From: Hydrolagus colliei
Lineage: Eukaryota
Assembly (NCBI GenBank): GCA_035084275.1
Contig: CM068769.1
Coordinates: 1,550,001-1,614,000 of the forward strand
DNA length: 64,000 nucleotides
Reading direction: 5' to 3'
Shown here: positions 1 through 13,315 of the stretch, piece by piece
Numbering within the stretch: the first letter of the stretch is position 1
How the letters are laid out: every line of letters begins with the position of its first letter
The notes under the pieces: generated by a model
What the model was told of the DNA's origin: nothing
Databases searched by the model: none
The model's input: only the letters and a program-made list of their open reading frames with translations
Made by a program: the position numbers and the translations under genes

Positions 1-269
1 TGGAGTAAAGAAACTTGCCTCATGTTTCCCACTACTTCGCATTGAAACCCGGCCCTCCGGCTTGACAGTTCAATGCTGTAGTAAGGGAGAGAGGGGAATA
101 CGGATAGCGGAAAGACAGCTCACAAGATACATGGAGAAGGAGATTGATATCAATGGAAAGAGAGAGTGACACACATACATAGAGAAATAGGTACTCACAG
201 TCACATATAGAGCGAGAGAGATAGACACAGATGAACAGATGAAGAGACAGCGAGATGTAAACAGGTAAA

Positions 270-680
270 AATGTTGACGTACAATGTGCAATAAACACGG
301 TCAGAGAAAATGTAGCACGCAGTTTGGGACAGCAGAGGACACGTGCCGCTGGACTCTGGATCCTCAGCAGACTGGGGAGGGAGTCATTGGGAAGACCGTC
401 CAACAGTGTATTTGCATTCCCAGCCGGAATGTAATGAAGACATGAATGAGGCTATCAGCGGCTTTGAAGTGGTGCTTTATTGGCGGAGTCGCAGAATGTG
501 GGTTAGACGAGGAAATGAAGTGGGTGGCATTGCTTGGATGTGATGGAGGCAAGACACATGAGTGTCGAAAAAGACAACAAGGTATCTGAGTGACATGATG
601 AGGTCAAGTGAGCAACGATGGAAGTTGACACTGTCAGCGACGGATGCATCTTGACGCTGGCGCGAGCCAATCAACAGTCA
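270..680 (-). mobile_element. Degenerate L2-clade LINE ORF2 fragment (second copy ~3010-3440)
   Basis: Minus-strand frames give LRYLVVFFDTHVSCLHHIQAM and HHFKAADSLIHVFITFRL, matching the better L2 copies in the window (IRNLGIIFDQKLSFLPHIRAL; YFTPHAAETLVHGYITSRL). Confidence 0.75.
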
Positions 681-844
681 ATGTATAGAAATAGATAGAT
701 AATAACAGAGAGATGAAGGGATGCACTGAGACAGCGAGAGTCTAACCACGCAGAAAGAAAAAGAGAGATAGACACGGAGAGAAATGGACACAAAGAGGCA
801 CAATTACATAGATATACGGTGAAAGAAAGAGAAAGATGCAAACA

Positions 845-1140
845 CAGAGATAATAATATTAAATCTTGCTTTTCATGTAGCGCTTTTTGCGTCTACCAGA
901 AGTCTCAAAGTGCATCACAGAATAGAGTGACTATAAGTGAATTGACTGTGTATTTGTGAGCTAAACGGAGCAAGTCAGTGTCACACAAGCAGTGATGGAT
1001 TGAAATTAACAATTGTTGGCAGGCATTATTAATAGGCGTGTAGAGTAAGGAAACCTGCCCAAGATTTCACCCTAAACTGCCAGGAATTGAACACAGCTCT
1101 CTTGCTATTAAGTCGAGTGCTCTAACCACTGAGCTACGGT
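845..1140 (-). mobile_element. tRNA-derived SINE with L2-type tail (duplicate ~3600-3905)
   Basis: The minus strand has the A box GTAGCTCAGTGGTTAGAGCAC, the B-box-like GTGTTCAATTCC, the family linker, and the tail TGAAAAGCAAGATTTAATATTATTAT. Confidence 0.75.
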
Positions 1141-4100
1141 AGAAGGGGAGGTACAGGGGATGGCGATTTCCAAAGTATTGCAGAGACACCGGCAGACACA
1201 CAGAGGTACAGCTTGAGATACTGAGACAGACGGAAGCAGATCGGGAAAGACACACAGAACGCGTACTTAAGGAGCGAAAGTTACGCACATATAAATGAAT
1301 AGAGGGCGAGAGAGCCGCACACTGTCAGAGAGAGGGAGTTACAGCAGATAGTGCGAGACACATTTTGAAAGACAGCACCTCCCTCGGGACAGGATCAGAA
1401 TGGCTACCATGTTAGCTGCAGAGAGAGTGAAGGTAAAATGACCAGTTATAATAATCAATTTCTACAGTTCATTTTCTGCTGGTAAAGTAATATTTTCTGC
1501 TGCGCTTTCTGTTGGTTACTTTTCGCTTCTCTCGCATGAAGTCACTATTTTTGCGACATCAAAGTGCGATGGAGAGAAGTCTGGCTCGCTGCCCATCGCC
1601 AGGAGTCACATTCACACGCACATACAGAGGCAGAAAAAGATGCACAGACAGCGGGAAATGCACTGACATGAAGACAGGGAAAAAGAGCAAGAAACAAAGA
1701 TGGAACACACAGGACGATGTAGAGAAAAGTAAATTCAGGCAGAAATGCAGAAGTACAGTTTTCTGTATATCGGCAGAAAGATCTCTACCCGTTCTGAGGG
1801 ACAGAGACCGTCACAGACAAAGGGGGAATGGGAGATACAGAGATACAACTACACAGAGAGTTAAACACAGACACAATGTGTTTGGTACAGAGATACAGCG
1901 AGACAGATAGATGCACTCAGACTGACAGATAGAGGGTTATTCAAAGACGGAGGGAGAGAATCACTGATACAAAGAGAAATGCACAGAGACAGATTCAGAT
2001 AGATATATATGCACACAGGCAGCGAGAGCGACACATCGCCTAAATACACGTACACAAACATACAGATGAATTAGACAGATATGCACACAGACAGAGATAA
2101 AATTACATACAAGGTGAGAATGATTCACCGACAAATAGAGACAATTCCACACACAGGGTATGGTAGTAAATATTTGAAGCAGATGCAGATGTAGATCGAT
2201 ACATAGATAGACACACGCACGCAACTAGAGAAAGGGAACCGAGAGGGGGGGGGAGGGCAGAGAGAAACAGAGGAACAGCCAAGTGCAGAGAGATACACAA
2301 ATACAAAGAAGTACAGAATGAGACAGGGAGACAGATATAGGTCTTGTGGGTCAGTCTAGATGGAGACACATGTAAAAACGTTTCACCTGCACAGCAGTAA
2401 ACAAACCAAACTAAGACTTCCATGAATCTAAATTTTACATGTAAATCCCATAGATAGATTGTTGGAAAATAATGCAGAGAAAAGCTATCTCTACATATGC
2501 CTACTGATCTGTTTGTCCATGCGTAGCTCTTCCTCTCTCCCCCCCTCTCTCTCTCCACAGGCGGTGGTGTTCACGTCCGTATTTCAATATATAGCTCTAT
2601 TTCTGTATCACTGCAAATATCCCTCTCACTGCCTGTGGGCAATATGCTTTACTTGCATATTCTTATGGATGGGGATATCATTCCTCAACGACTCAAGCCC
2701 CCCATCTGACCAAACTAAATCTATATAAACAGTTATGTGTGGAGTAAAGAAACTTGCCTTATGTTTCCCACTACTTCATAATGAAACCCGGTCCTCCGGC
2801 TTGTCAGTTCAATGCTGCAGTAAGGGAGAGAGGAGAATACGGATAGCGGAAAGACAGCTCACAAGATACGTTGAGAAGAGGATTGATATCAATGGAAAGA
2901 GAGACAGACACACATACATAGAGAAATAGGTACTCACAGTCACATATAGAACGAGAGAGATAGACACAGATCAATAGATGAAGAGACAGCGAGATGTAAA
3001 CAGGTAAAAATGTTGACGTACAATGTGCAATAAACACTGACAGAGATGCTCTCTGACCGTGTTTATTGCACATTGTACGTCAAAATAGCACGCAGTTTGG
3101 GACAGTGCCGCAGGACTCTGTATCCTCACCAGCGTGGGGAGGGAGTAATTGGGAAGACCGTCCAACACAGTATTTGCATTGCCGAGCCGGAATGTAATGC
3201 AGACATGAATGAGTCTTTCAGCGGCTTTCAAGTGGTGCGTTATTGGCGGAGTCAGGCAATGTGGGTTAGACGAGGAAATTAAATGGGTGGCATTGCTTGG
3301 ATGTGATGCAGGCAAGACACATGAGTGTCGAACAAGACAACAATGTATCTGAGTGGCTTGATGAGGTCAAGTGAGCAACGATGGAGGTTGACACTGCCAG
3401 CGACGGATGCACCAAGACGCTGGCGAGAGCCAGTCAACAGTGAATGTATAGAAATAGCTAGAGAATAACAGAGGGATGAAGGGATGCACTGAGACAGCGA
3501 GAGTGCTAACCACGTAGAAAGAAACAGAGAGATAGACATGGAGAGAAATGGACACAAAGAGGCACAATTACATAGATATACAGAGAAAGAAAGAGAAAGA
3601 TGCAAACAAACAGAGATAATAATATTAATTCTTGCTTTTCAGGTAGCGCTTTTTGCGTCTTCCAGAAGTCTCAAAGTGCATCACAGAATAGAGTGAGTAT
3701 AACTGAATTGACTGTCTATTTGTGAGCGAAACGGAGCAAGTCAGTGTCACACAAGCAGTGATGGATTGAAATCAACAATTTTTGACAGGCATTATTAATA
3801 GGCTAGTAAAATAAGGAAACCTGCCCAAGAATTCACCCTAACCTGCCAGGAATTGAACACAGATCTCTTGCTATTAATCCAGTGCTCTAACCACTGAGCT
3901 ACGGTAGAAGGGGAGGTACAGTGGATGGCGATTTTCAAAGTTTTGCAGAGACAGCGGCAGACACACAGAGGCACAGCTTGAGATACTGAGACAGACGGAA
4001 GCAGATCGGGAAAGACACACACACAACGCGTACTTAAGGAGAAAAATTACGCACGTATAAATGAATAGAGGGCGAGAGAGCCGCACACTGTCAGACAGAG

Positions 4101-5999
4101 GGAGTTACAGACAGCGGAGGAAGAAAGTGCATGATATATGCAGACATACGGTGATACACGAGCAAAGAGACTGAGAGGTAAACACACAACAAGGGAATGA
4201 TACACACAGACACAGAGAAGAAATACATACCAACAGAGAGATTCACACACACAAAGTGAAAGCAACACACACTTTGTTTAGATGTGCAGAGATACAGATA
4301 CAACATTAGATACGTAGAAATATGTACACGCTGACGGTGCATCAGGGACAAACAGAAAGAGAGAAAAAGAGAAGCAGAGACGTGCTCTCAGAGAGTCAGA
4401 GTGCTACACACAGTGTGAGACAGGGGGTTAACGGGATAGCAAGAGATAAGCAGAGAAATTGAGAGAAAGGGATGGAGATATACATAAACAGCATGAGTAA
4501 AAATAACAGATTATATGTATGTAGCGCCTTTCGCACCGAGTAGCTAACACAGAGAGAGACAAATACAGAATCAGATCCAGCACACTGCGAGAAAAAGAAA
4601 CAGAGAGAGCGCGCAACAGCTATAGAAACTCAAACAGGTGTAAACCCAGCCACACAGGGAGAAAAAGTAAGACAAATGAGTAGGATACAGAAACAAAGGC
4701 ATTCAGATAGATTCAGAATCATGCACAGCCAGAGGGATCCGGAAAGTCACGGAGACACAAAGAGACAGAGAGAGCACAAATATACATGACAAGAATCCTG
4801 GTATTTTTAAGTAGCACTCTTCGAGTCTTGTAGGCTTCTCATGCGCTCGACCGAATCTACACTGACGTGAATTGACTGTAGATTTGTGCAGGAAATACAG
4901 CAGCCAATGGCGCATAAATTTGTTATCCATTGTAGTGATCAATGTGATATTATTTTTTATTTCTTCGGGGATTAATAACAGGTGTATGACGTAAGGTAAC
5001 TTGTAAGGATGCTATAACACTGCCAGGAAATGAACTTCAGTCTATCGACTCAACAAATTATTTCGCTCTTAATTTATCAATCAAACAATGAATCAAAACT
5101 TAAATCTACATAGCGTCGTTCACGTCGAAAGGACGTCCAAGGCGCTGTAGTGTCAGGAGTGGACTAGGGCAGTGGGGAGACGCCGTGGCAGGATGAAGAA
5201 GAGTAGGAAAATTGACTATATTTCTGGGATAAAAGCGGAAGATAGATTGCGCAGAGCAGTGTCGCACAATCAGCCATGGCAGTTGGGTCAGGGGAGAAAG
5301 CGAGGGAAAGATGGCAAGGGGAGGTGGCGGGGGAGTCAGGGTAGGGGGAAGGAGAGCAGGAAAGCCGACGTTTTGTGGGCGAAACCCCACCCCATCGCAG
5401 CAGACAAATTGTGCTCAGCAGCGTCCCACAAACGGTCACTGAAATTGGGACAGGGAGGGAATGTGGAAATGAGGGTATAGGGGGAGAGGGATGCAACGGG
5501 GCAGATTGAAGGGAAGATAGGGTGGGGTAAAGTAAGAGAGGAAGAGGGGGAAGCAACGAAGTTAAGTGGAAACTAAAACGGGTTAAAATACACAATTGCC
5601 TGATTCAGAGGGACAGTGGTAAACCGGTCGAGCTGCAAGCTTTAATGCATATTAAGAAAGAAATTAACTTTGGTAAAACACTTGCCGGGAAAACTAAATG
5701 CAGCGAGAATCGGGTGGTAAATGTCTTCTATTCTGTGAACAATCGGAGTTGTCATCTTCAAATCGGAAATTATTGCGTCTTCTCTCGGCAGAGGCAGCTG
5801 CTGACGGCTGAAAGATGATGCTAGAAAGTCTCAAACGGATTCTTATATAAATCAACAGTGATCGCTTTGTTGAGCAATGTTACCACGGGGTCGTCGATGA
5901 ATTTGAGCCGCATGCAAAACCTGTGTAATGTCATTTCCCTCAAGGATTTAATTTTTTTCGGGCAGCCCATTGTTTCATCATTGCTGAATCATTGTGAAG

Positions 6000-6322
6000 T
6001 CCCTTTAGCTCAGAGGTTAGAGCACTCGCCTTACAAGCGTGAAACATGTGTTCGAATCCAGGCAAGTCGAGGTGAAACCTTGAGTAAATGTCCTTGCTCC
6101 ACAAGGCTGAAATTAATCCTCCCAATAAAAACACAACAATAAAAATTGGTCTTGTCAACCCACGACTGTTTGTGGGGGGGACGCTGTTGTGCGCAATTAG
6201 CTGCCGCGTTTTGCCTATAAATATGCAGTCACTTCACTTTACAGTATATATTTCGAAGCACTTTGATATGTTGATAAGGTGGGAAACGCGGTACAGCAAA
6301 TGCAAGGTTTATTATTATTATC
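6000..6322 (+). mobile_element. Deu-domain tRNA-SINE, representative near-complete copy; >20 related copies or fragments in the window (e.g. 23483-23765+, 26990-27235+, 34195-34400+, 44550-44870+, 47055-47380+, 56020-56330+, 56500-56885-)
   Basis: Head TTAGCTCAGAGGTTAGAGCACTCGCCTTACAAGCG...GTTCGAATCC; core CTGTTGTGCGCAATTAGCTGCCGCGTTT resembling the DeuSINE central domain as I recall it; L2-like tail ...AAATGCAAG followed by (TTA)n. Confidence 0.8.
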
Positions 6323-7408
6323 ATCTCCAGTTACGCACTTACTTCCCCAGAGTGTAAATTAAAGCAACTTCGCTCCATAGCGACCAGCTCCCATCTTCAT
6401 TTATCACAGAGAGTGTGGAGAAGTGCATGGGAGGAACCAAGGTTTTGTTATCCCAGTGTGCGTCCTGAGGTTCCTGTTGAAATGTAACCAACCAAAGCTG
6501 AAATGCTTCTCACCGAAAATAATAATCCCTACATTTCCAACAAGACATACATACGTTCCACACATCTGGACATGAATTGCGGTATCAGCCACAAAGCTGT
6601 TTACCAAACTGAGTGATAGCACTCTCACCGGATAGTTGGAAGGTTTTGGGTTCAACAAGGACAACAGCAACAACTTCGGTTTTCTATTTTGCCATCCACG
6701 GCTTTACAGAGTCTCAGAGCGTTTCACAATAACGGAACACGGGGGGGCAAGCCAAGGGCAGGGGGGGAAAGGTGACCAAAGGCGCGTTGGAAGACAAAGG
6801 TGTTTATCTGAGACTGGAAACTGGGAAGAGAGGGGAAGAGGCGAGGGGAGTGAGGAAGGGAGTTACAGATCCTCGTGATGTACCGGGTGATGGTGCAGCG
6901 CAGCATTCGGGAGTAGAGGAGGAGACAAACATCCCTTCTTTTTGCTCCATGATTTGATGTACAGAGCTTGAGCAGCAATCTGTGTCCCTTAGCAGCAAAT
7001 CAACCCCAGCTTAGGCTTTGCTGTACAAACATATGTTCACAAACACCATTCCATGTTACACTCTCCAGCCGGTAACCAATGAATATCTGTCCTCATCGTG
7101 CTGGGAGCACCTTTGCAGCACCACCTGTGATTTGCCAGGGTTCCAGTTCAATGCCACAGATCGGTAGATCAAGTTCGTATTGGTTTACGCACAGTTAAAC
7201 AGACACGACCTCTTCGATGCTGAGAAAACACCAGTGCAGAATTGAACACACCCTTTCTGCAACCATTTCCTTTTATTTGAATAACTAAACGATCACTAAA
7301 TCACTAATTGGTTGACCCAATCTTTGCAAATGTGTTGAGAAGATCTCCCTGTTGCTCAGAACTTAATTTTATAAGACAGAGGTGGCATTAGTCTCAGATA
7401 AACACCTT

Positions 7409-7693
7409 TGTCTTCAAGGCGCAGTAGAGGGGAGCTGAGAAGATTTTTTTTCACTCAGCGAGTTGTTCGAATCTGGAATGCATTGCCTGAAAAGGTGGTG
7501 GAGGCTGATTCGATAACAACTTTTAAAAGGGAATTAGATCTTTATTTAGGGAGAACGGGTCTATTAGGCTATGGGGAGCGGGCAGGGCAATGGGATTGAA
7601 TCGCTCTTTTCAAAGAGCCGGCACAGACTAGATGGGCCGAATGGCCTCCTTTTGTGCCGTAAAATTCTATGATTCTATGATTCTATGATTCTA
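7409..7693 (+). mobile_element. 5'-truncated CR1 LINE 3' end
   Basis: FFTQRVVRIWNALPEKVVEADSI...GQWD* followed by the (TTCTATGA)n tail. Confidence 0.9.
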
Positions 7694-8620
7694 CCCTCCA
7701 GAAAGTCCGATCCCTTTCCAAAAAAGCCCTCTATCTATGACCTCATCCTGAATGAGAACATTGATAGTCTTGGCCTTACGGAAACCTGACGTTCCCCAAT
7801 GACCCCGTGTCTCTAGTTGAGGCCTTCCTCCTGGCTACACCTTCTACCACAACCCTCGCCCCTACCAACGCGGTGTCGGAGTGGCCGTCATCTCCATCTC
7901 CTCCCTTGGTCTCTCCCCCTATTCTGGCTGTTTCCACTACTTCGAACACTCCACGCTCTACCATCCTTCTCTTTCTTTCATAATCCCTCTTTATCGTCCT
8001 CCCGAACCCCCTCGCTCTTTCCTCCGCGATATCACAACTCTCGTCTCCTCCCTGTTACTCTGCTCTGAACATATGTTCATCATGGGCGACTTCAGCCTTC
8101 ACCTAAACTCCCCCTGCACCACCTCTTCCCACTTCACTGCTCTCGTAACCTCCCTAAACCTAACCCTCCATATTGACTCTCTGACCCACAACCGTGGCCT
8201 CGCTCTCCAACTCATTAGCACACACGGCCTTGACATTTCCGAACTCAGCATCTCAGATAAGTCCATCTCGGACCACGTTTTTATCTCATTCTCCTCTCCC
8301 ATCTCCCTCTCCTCCACCAAACATTCAACTGTACTTTTCCGCCATTGGTAACGTCTCGCCCTGAGACCCTCACAGAGTTCCTCACATCATCCTAACTTCG
8401 GCGGCCGGGCCTTCAGCCACTACGCCCCGAGGGACTGGAAATCCTTTCCTGACTCATTTCACATCGCCCGCTCTCTTCCCAGTTTCAAGTAACACCTGAA
8501 GACCTTTCTCTTCGATTGCGCTTTTCGTCACCTTTTTGCCACTTCCCTTGGCTTGGTCTCGGAATCTGCTATTGTGAAGCGCTCTGAGACGCCGTCCGGC
8601 GTAGAGGGAGCTACATAAAT
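7694..8620 (+). mobile_element. L2 LINE endonuclease fragment plus 3'-end fragment
   Basis: APE-type motifs (LGLTET*, FIMGDFSLHLN, ISDKSISDHVFI) with stops and frameshifts, followed by an L2 3' end and a (GTT)n tail. Confidence 0.8.
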
Positions 8621-8870
8621 CGAAGTTGTTGTTGTTGTTGTCAGAGAATCTGTGTGTGTGTGTGTGTGTGTCTGTGTGCAAGGACGTAGGTGTGTGACGT
8701 TGTGTATTTGCGATGTGACCATTTGTGTGTTTGGTGTTTATACATTTGTGTGACATGCTGTATGTCTATGTGAAAGAGAGTGTATGTTTCTGTGATCATG
8801 TGTGTGATTGTGCGTGTTTGCGTCCCTAAGGTTTGTTGTGCATGTGTGTGCATGTGCAAAAAGCTTTGTT

Positions 8871-9465
8871 GTCACCCAGTTGTACCTTTCTGCCTCATCC
8901 CTCAACCCCCAGACGATCGATGTTCTGACAGCATGTCTGTCCGACATCGAGTCGTGGACGAGGGACAACTTTTTGCAATTGAACGTGAATAAGACCGAGG
9001 CCCTACTGATTGGCTCAAGCCAGCGCCTCCGCACATCGGGCGCTGCTAGCCTCAATGTCCAAGGTTGCACTCTCCACCTCACAAAGCCAATCAGGAACCT
9101 CGGCATCATATTCGATCAAAAACTTTCCTTCCTCCCTCACATCCGCGCCTTGACCGGCACCGCCTATTTCCAGCTGCGCAACATTGACAGGCTCCGTAAT
9201 TATCTTACCCCCGCGCTGCCGAAACACTCGTGCATGCATACATCACCTCACGGATGGACTACGGAAATTCTCTCCTAGTCGGCCTCCCTTGTTTCTCCAT
9301 TCATAGGCTGCAGGCCATCCAAAACTCTGCAGCCAGTGTTCTATCCCGCACCCGCCTCCGCGACCACATAAACCCCACCCTCGCCCGGCTCCACTGGCTC
9401 CCCATCCTCCAGAGGATCGAGTTTAAAATCCTCGTCCTCACCTACAAGGCCTTACACGGCCTTGT
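8871..9465 (+). mobile_element. L2 LINE ORF2 C-terminal fragment
   Basis: WTRDNFLQLNVNKTEALLIG...IRNLGIIFDQKL and ITSRMDYGNSLLVGLP...WLPILQRIEFKIL, frameshifted. Confidence 0.9.
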
Positions 9466-10235
9466 AAAATAATAATAAAAAATCTTATTTATCAAAAGTA
9501 TAAAATGTAAGATTTATTAGTTTTAGTTTCACTCTGTCCTAACATGAACCACTCAATCACTACTTCTGCTTGTGGTTGGACATCAGACACGAGTTTCCTC
9601 TGAGACACAGCAGCAGAGTCAACAAATTGTCAAACAGGTCAACAGTCATTCCAGGCCTCTGAGCTGAAACTAAACTATTTCTCTCCTATTAGCAGGTTAT
9701 TGTAAAGTGGGGCAGGCTGACAGCAGGCTGATTCTAGCATGGCTTGTGTGATCGCATGGTTACAGTGGCTGTGTTCGATGCAGCCACAGTGGCAGTCAAT
9801 CACTTCAATGGACTTCCCGGCGTGAGAGGCGCTCTGCACACGTCATTGTGTTGTTGTTGATGTTGGGTTCGATACCAGGACAGTGCAACACATTGTGCAG
9901 CTATCCATACTCCACAGGCCTAAGTTTAAAATACATCTATTAGGAAACCTGTTCTATTACAATAGCGGTGAGCTATTCCTTGGGTATTTTTACTTTTATA
10001 AGAACGAAATATTACATTGCAACATTCGCATTATTTTCGAAGTCTTCATAAGAGTGGATTCCAAATACAGTGAGAACTGTGTTTGGAATACACACAGGGC
10101 GAATCCTTCGGCAAATTTCTTAATCCACACGCCCAATAATAATCCGTCCCATACCAAAAAATCTATCACCAATAATAAATCGGTCATTTACATCCATTAC
10201 TCTGTTTGGGGACGTTGCTGCGCGCAATTAGCTGC

Positions 10236-11008
10236 CGGACAACGGGCGCTGCCAGCCTCAATATCCAAGGCTGTACTCTCCACCGCACAAAGCCAGTCAG
10301 GAACCTCGGCATCACGTTCGACCAAAAATTCTCCTTCCTCCCCCACATCCGTGCCTTGACCGGCGTCGCTTACTTCCACCTGCGCAACATTGAAAGGTTC
10401 CGCGATTATTTCACCCCCCACGCTGCCGAAACACTCGTGCACGGATACATCACCTCAAGACTGGACTACGGAAACTCTCTCCTCGTCGGCCAACCCAGCT
10501 CCTCCATTCACAGGCTGCAGGTCATCCAAAACTCTGCAGCCAGTGTAATATCCCGCACCCGCCTCCGCGACCATATAACCCCCACCCTCGCCCGTCTCTA
10601 CTGGCTCCCCATCCTCCAGAGGATCGAGTTCAACATCCTCGTCTTCACCTTCAAGGCCTTACATGACCTTGCCCCGCAGTATTTAAACGAATTATTCTCC
10701 CCCTACAAGCCCACCCGCACTCTCCGTTCAGCAGGACTTGGCTTGCTCCAAGCCCCCCTGCCGAACCTCCCCACCATCGGAGGCCGGGCCTTCAGTTTTT
10801 CTGCTCCGACCCTATGGAATTCCATCCCCCAATCCCTCCGTCTCGTTTCTTCCCTTTCCTCTTTCAAGGACGGTTTGAAGACTTTCCTCTTCGACCGTGC
10901 CTTTTGTTCCACCCCGAATTCTTCGACCTCCCCTACTTGTTTCACCCCTTCCCGTACACTCTCCTCCCTGTTCGTGTTACACGCCTCCTTTGAAGCGCCT
11001 TGGGACGT
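10236..11008 (+). mobile_element. L2 LINE 3' fragment nested inside a Deu-SINE
   Basis: ORF 10206-11012 encodes ITSRLDYGNSLL...HWLP-type...GGRAFSFSAPTLWNSIP. The SINE core (...GCGCAATTAGCTGCCG) ends at ~10235 and the SINE continuation (ATACACAGTCAAATCAC...AATGCAAG) resumes at ~11010. Confidence 0.85.
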
Positions 11009-11104
11009 ATAATACACAGTCAAATCACTTGACAATGTATTCTGTGAAGCGCTTTGAATCGCTTAGAGTAGACGTCAAAAGCGATATAGCGAATGCAAGT
11101 ATTA

Positions 11105-12835
11105 ACAACAACAACAACAACATCAATTTACATTTAAAGAGCGCCTTTCACGTTGGGAGGACGTCCCAAGGCGCTACAGTTTTTGATCGCACATGATGCC
11201 GAGGTTCCTGATTGGCTTTGTGAGGTGGAGAGTGCAACCTTGGATATTGAGGCTGGCAGAGCCCGATGTGCGCAGGAGCTGGCTTGAGCCAATCATGAGG
11301 GCCTCGGTCGTATTCACGTTCAATTGCAAAAAGTTGTCCCTCGTCCACGACTCGATGTCGGACAGATATGCGGTCAGAACATCGATCGTCTGGGAGTTGA
11401 GGGTTGAGGCAGAAAGGCACAGATGGGTGTCGTCGGCATACATGTGGAAATTTACCCCATGTCTGCGGATAACGTCACCCAGAGGGAGCGTGAAAAGCGT
11501 GAAAAGGAGGGGACCGACGACAGAGGCCTGAGGGACGCCGTGGGAAACAGTGCGGGGGTTTGAAGAAAAACCATTGGAAGAAACAAAATGTAAACGGTGG
11601 TTCAAATAAGAATGGAACCAGTCAAGTACTGTGCCTTGAAGGTTGAGGTGGGAGGAAAGACGTTGAAGGAGGATGGTGTGATCGACTGTGTCGAACGCAG
11701 CAGACAGGTCACGGAGGACGAGGAGGCAGAGGGAGCCCTGATCACAGGCGGTTAGGATGTCATTTGTGACCTTAACCAGGGTAGTTTCTGTGCTGTGGAT
11801 AGGGCCAAACCCTGATTGGAGGGGTTCAAGTAGTGAGTGATTTGAAAGGAAAGAGCGGGGCTGGGATGCAACCAATCTTTCAAGGACCTTGGATAGAAAC
11901 GGGAGGTTGGAGATGGGTCGATAACTTGATGGTTGCGACGCATCAAGGGAGGGTTTCTTCAGGATAGGGGTGATGGTGGCTGTTTTAAGGGAGGTAGGGA
12001 CGGTGCCTGAGGATAGGGCAAGGGTAATGGTGTCAGAAATGAGCGGGGCTAACAAATGGAGCTGAGTGCGTAGGAGGGGAGTGGGGATGGGTTCCAGTGA
12101 ACACGTGGTTGGATTCATGGAGGTGATTGTTTTTGTGACTGAAAGCGGGGTGGTGGTGTTGAAAGTGTGAAGTGGGGGGTGAGTACGGGTTGAGGTGGCT
12201 GATGAGGGCGCGGAGGTGGAGGAGTGGTGGGTGGAGGAAACCGCAGAGCGGATTTTCTCAATTTTGGACTCGAGGAAATGCAGCATCTCCTCACAACGAA
12301 CGTTTGAGGAGAGGATCTGCGAGGTGAGGCGAGTGGGGGGGGGGGGGGGGGGGGGGGGGGAGCTTGTTGGTGGTGGCGAAGAGGAGGCGGTGGTTGTCCT
12401 TCGCTTCCAGGATTATCCTGGAATAGAAGGCTGATTTGGCGGTGGCTAGGGCGGAGCGGTAAAATTTGATGCGGTCCAGCCAGATTTGCTGGTGGACCTT
12501 GAGGCCAGATTTGAGCCAGGTGCGTTCAACTGCTCTCACTTGGCTTTTGAGGGAAAGTAGGTGAGTTGTGTACCACGGTGATGATCGAGAATGCGAGACG
12601 GTTTTGGAGGTGAGGGGGGCCAGGGTGTCGAGGGTAGTGGAGAGGGTGTTGTGCAGGGCGGTGGAGGCGGAGGATGGGTCTGTACAAAAAGAATGCCACT
12701 GTGGGAAGAGGTCGGAGGTTTCTAGGGCAGAGGTGAAAGTTTGAACGGGAATCTTCTTCCAGGGCCGGTAGAAGATGGTGGTGGGTTTGGAAGTGGAATA
12801 ATAATCGCTGATTATTATCATTACTGTTGTTATTA
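11105..12835 (-). mobile_element. L2 LINE with reverse transcriptase domain; ORF2 C-terminus deleted
   Basis: ORF 11174-12286 has YRPISNLPFLSKVLE, DLSAAFDTVDH, GVPQASVVGPLLF and YADDT. After DQKL the sequence jumps straight to the L2 tail and (GTT)n. Confidence 0.93.
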
Positions 12836-13038
12836 TCCACATGTCTTAGTTCTAACAAACAATCTTCTATCGGTTGATTAATCAACACATAAAATACAGA
12901 GCTAGTGATGCATTTCTTTTTCTTTAATTGACTTGATATGAAGTAACTAAAGTGTAAGCTGTGGGGACAGTTAGCTGATGGTTTGTTAGATAGTGTCTCA
13001 CTGCTCTTTACTGATTCCAAGCGTTTGGTTGTGATGAG

Positions 13039-13077
13039 GGTTATTGTACGAGGCTTCCTATGATGTGGATCACTGTG
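13039..13077 (-). other. 23-RSS of the supporting TCR V
   Basis: Minus strand CACAGTG (13077-13071), 23-bp spacer, ACAATAACC (13047-13039). Confidence 0.93.
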
Positions 13078-13311
13078 GTGCAGACTGACTACGCAGTGAT
13101 ACATAGCGGAGTCTGGTAGCTGCAGGCTGCCGATGGTTAAATGGCTAAATTGTTTTGGCAGTGTCAAGAGAAGCAGAACTATGATCTCTAGTGGGGTTTC
13201 CTCGCTCTGCTGAAAGGCGTCTGTGGAGAAGGTATATCGGTGCCTCACCAGGGAACTGACAATACCAGGAGACAATGAGATTCTGTCCACAGAATCCTGA
13301 GTATTGGCATT
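13078..13311 (-). pseudogene. TCR V segment resembling the leaderless supporting V-delta of NAR-TCR; frameshifted, FR1 not visible
   Basis: Reads CQYSGFCGQNLIVSWYCQFPGEAPIYLLH...SLDTAKTI, then a +1 shift (~13147), then SHLTIGSLQLPDSAMYHCVVSL. It has an extra Cys in CDR1, a 23-RSS, and lies directly downstream of the NAR-like V-D-J. Confidence 0.85.
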
Positions 13312-13315
13312 TCCT

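Larger units (their letters stand above)
1..4100. repeat. Imperfect tandem segmental duplication, offset 2739 bp (1-~1345 vs 2740-~4100), in GA-rich simple sequence
   Basis: TGGAGTAAAGAAACTTGCC occurs at 1 and 2740. Colinear similarity runs through the GA-rich tract, L2 fragment and SINE up to GAGAGCCGCACACTGTCAG (~1310 / ~4075). Confidence 0.9.

Noticed and set aside
6004-6070. Possible tRNA genes (also 1078-1140, 23485-23540, 47058-47120, 48435-48500)
   Set aside because: Acceptor stems do not pair, anticodon loops vary between copies, and each is followed by SINE linker and/or Deu domain; these are SINE heads.
9695-9733. GGTTATTGT, the same nonamer as the supporting-V RSS
   Set aside because: No heptamer at 12 or 23 spacing, and no V-like coding sequence beside it.
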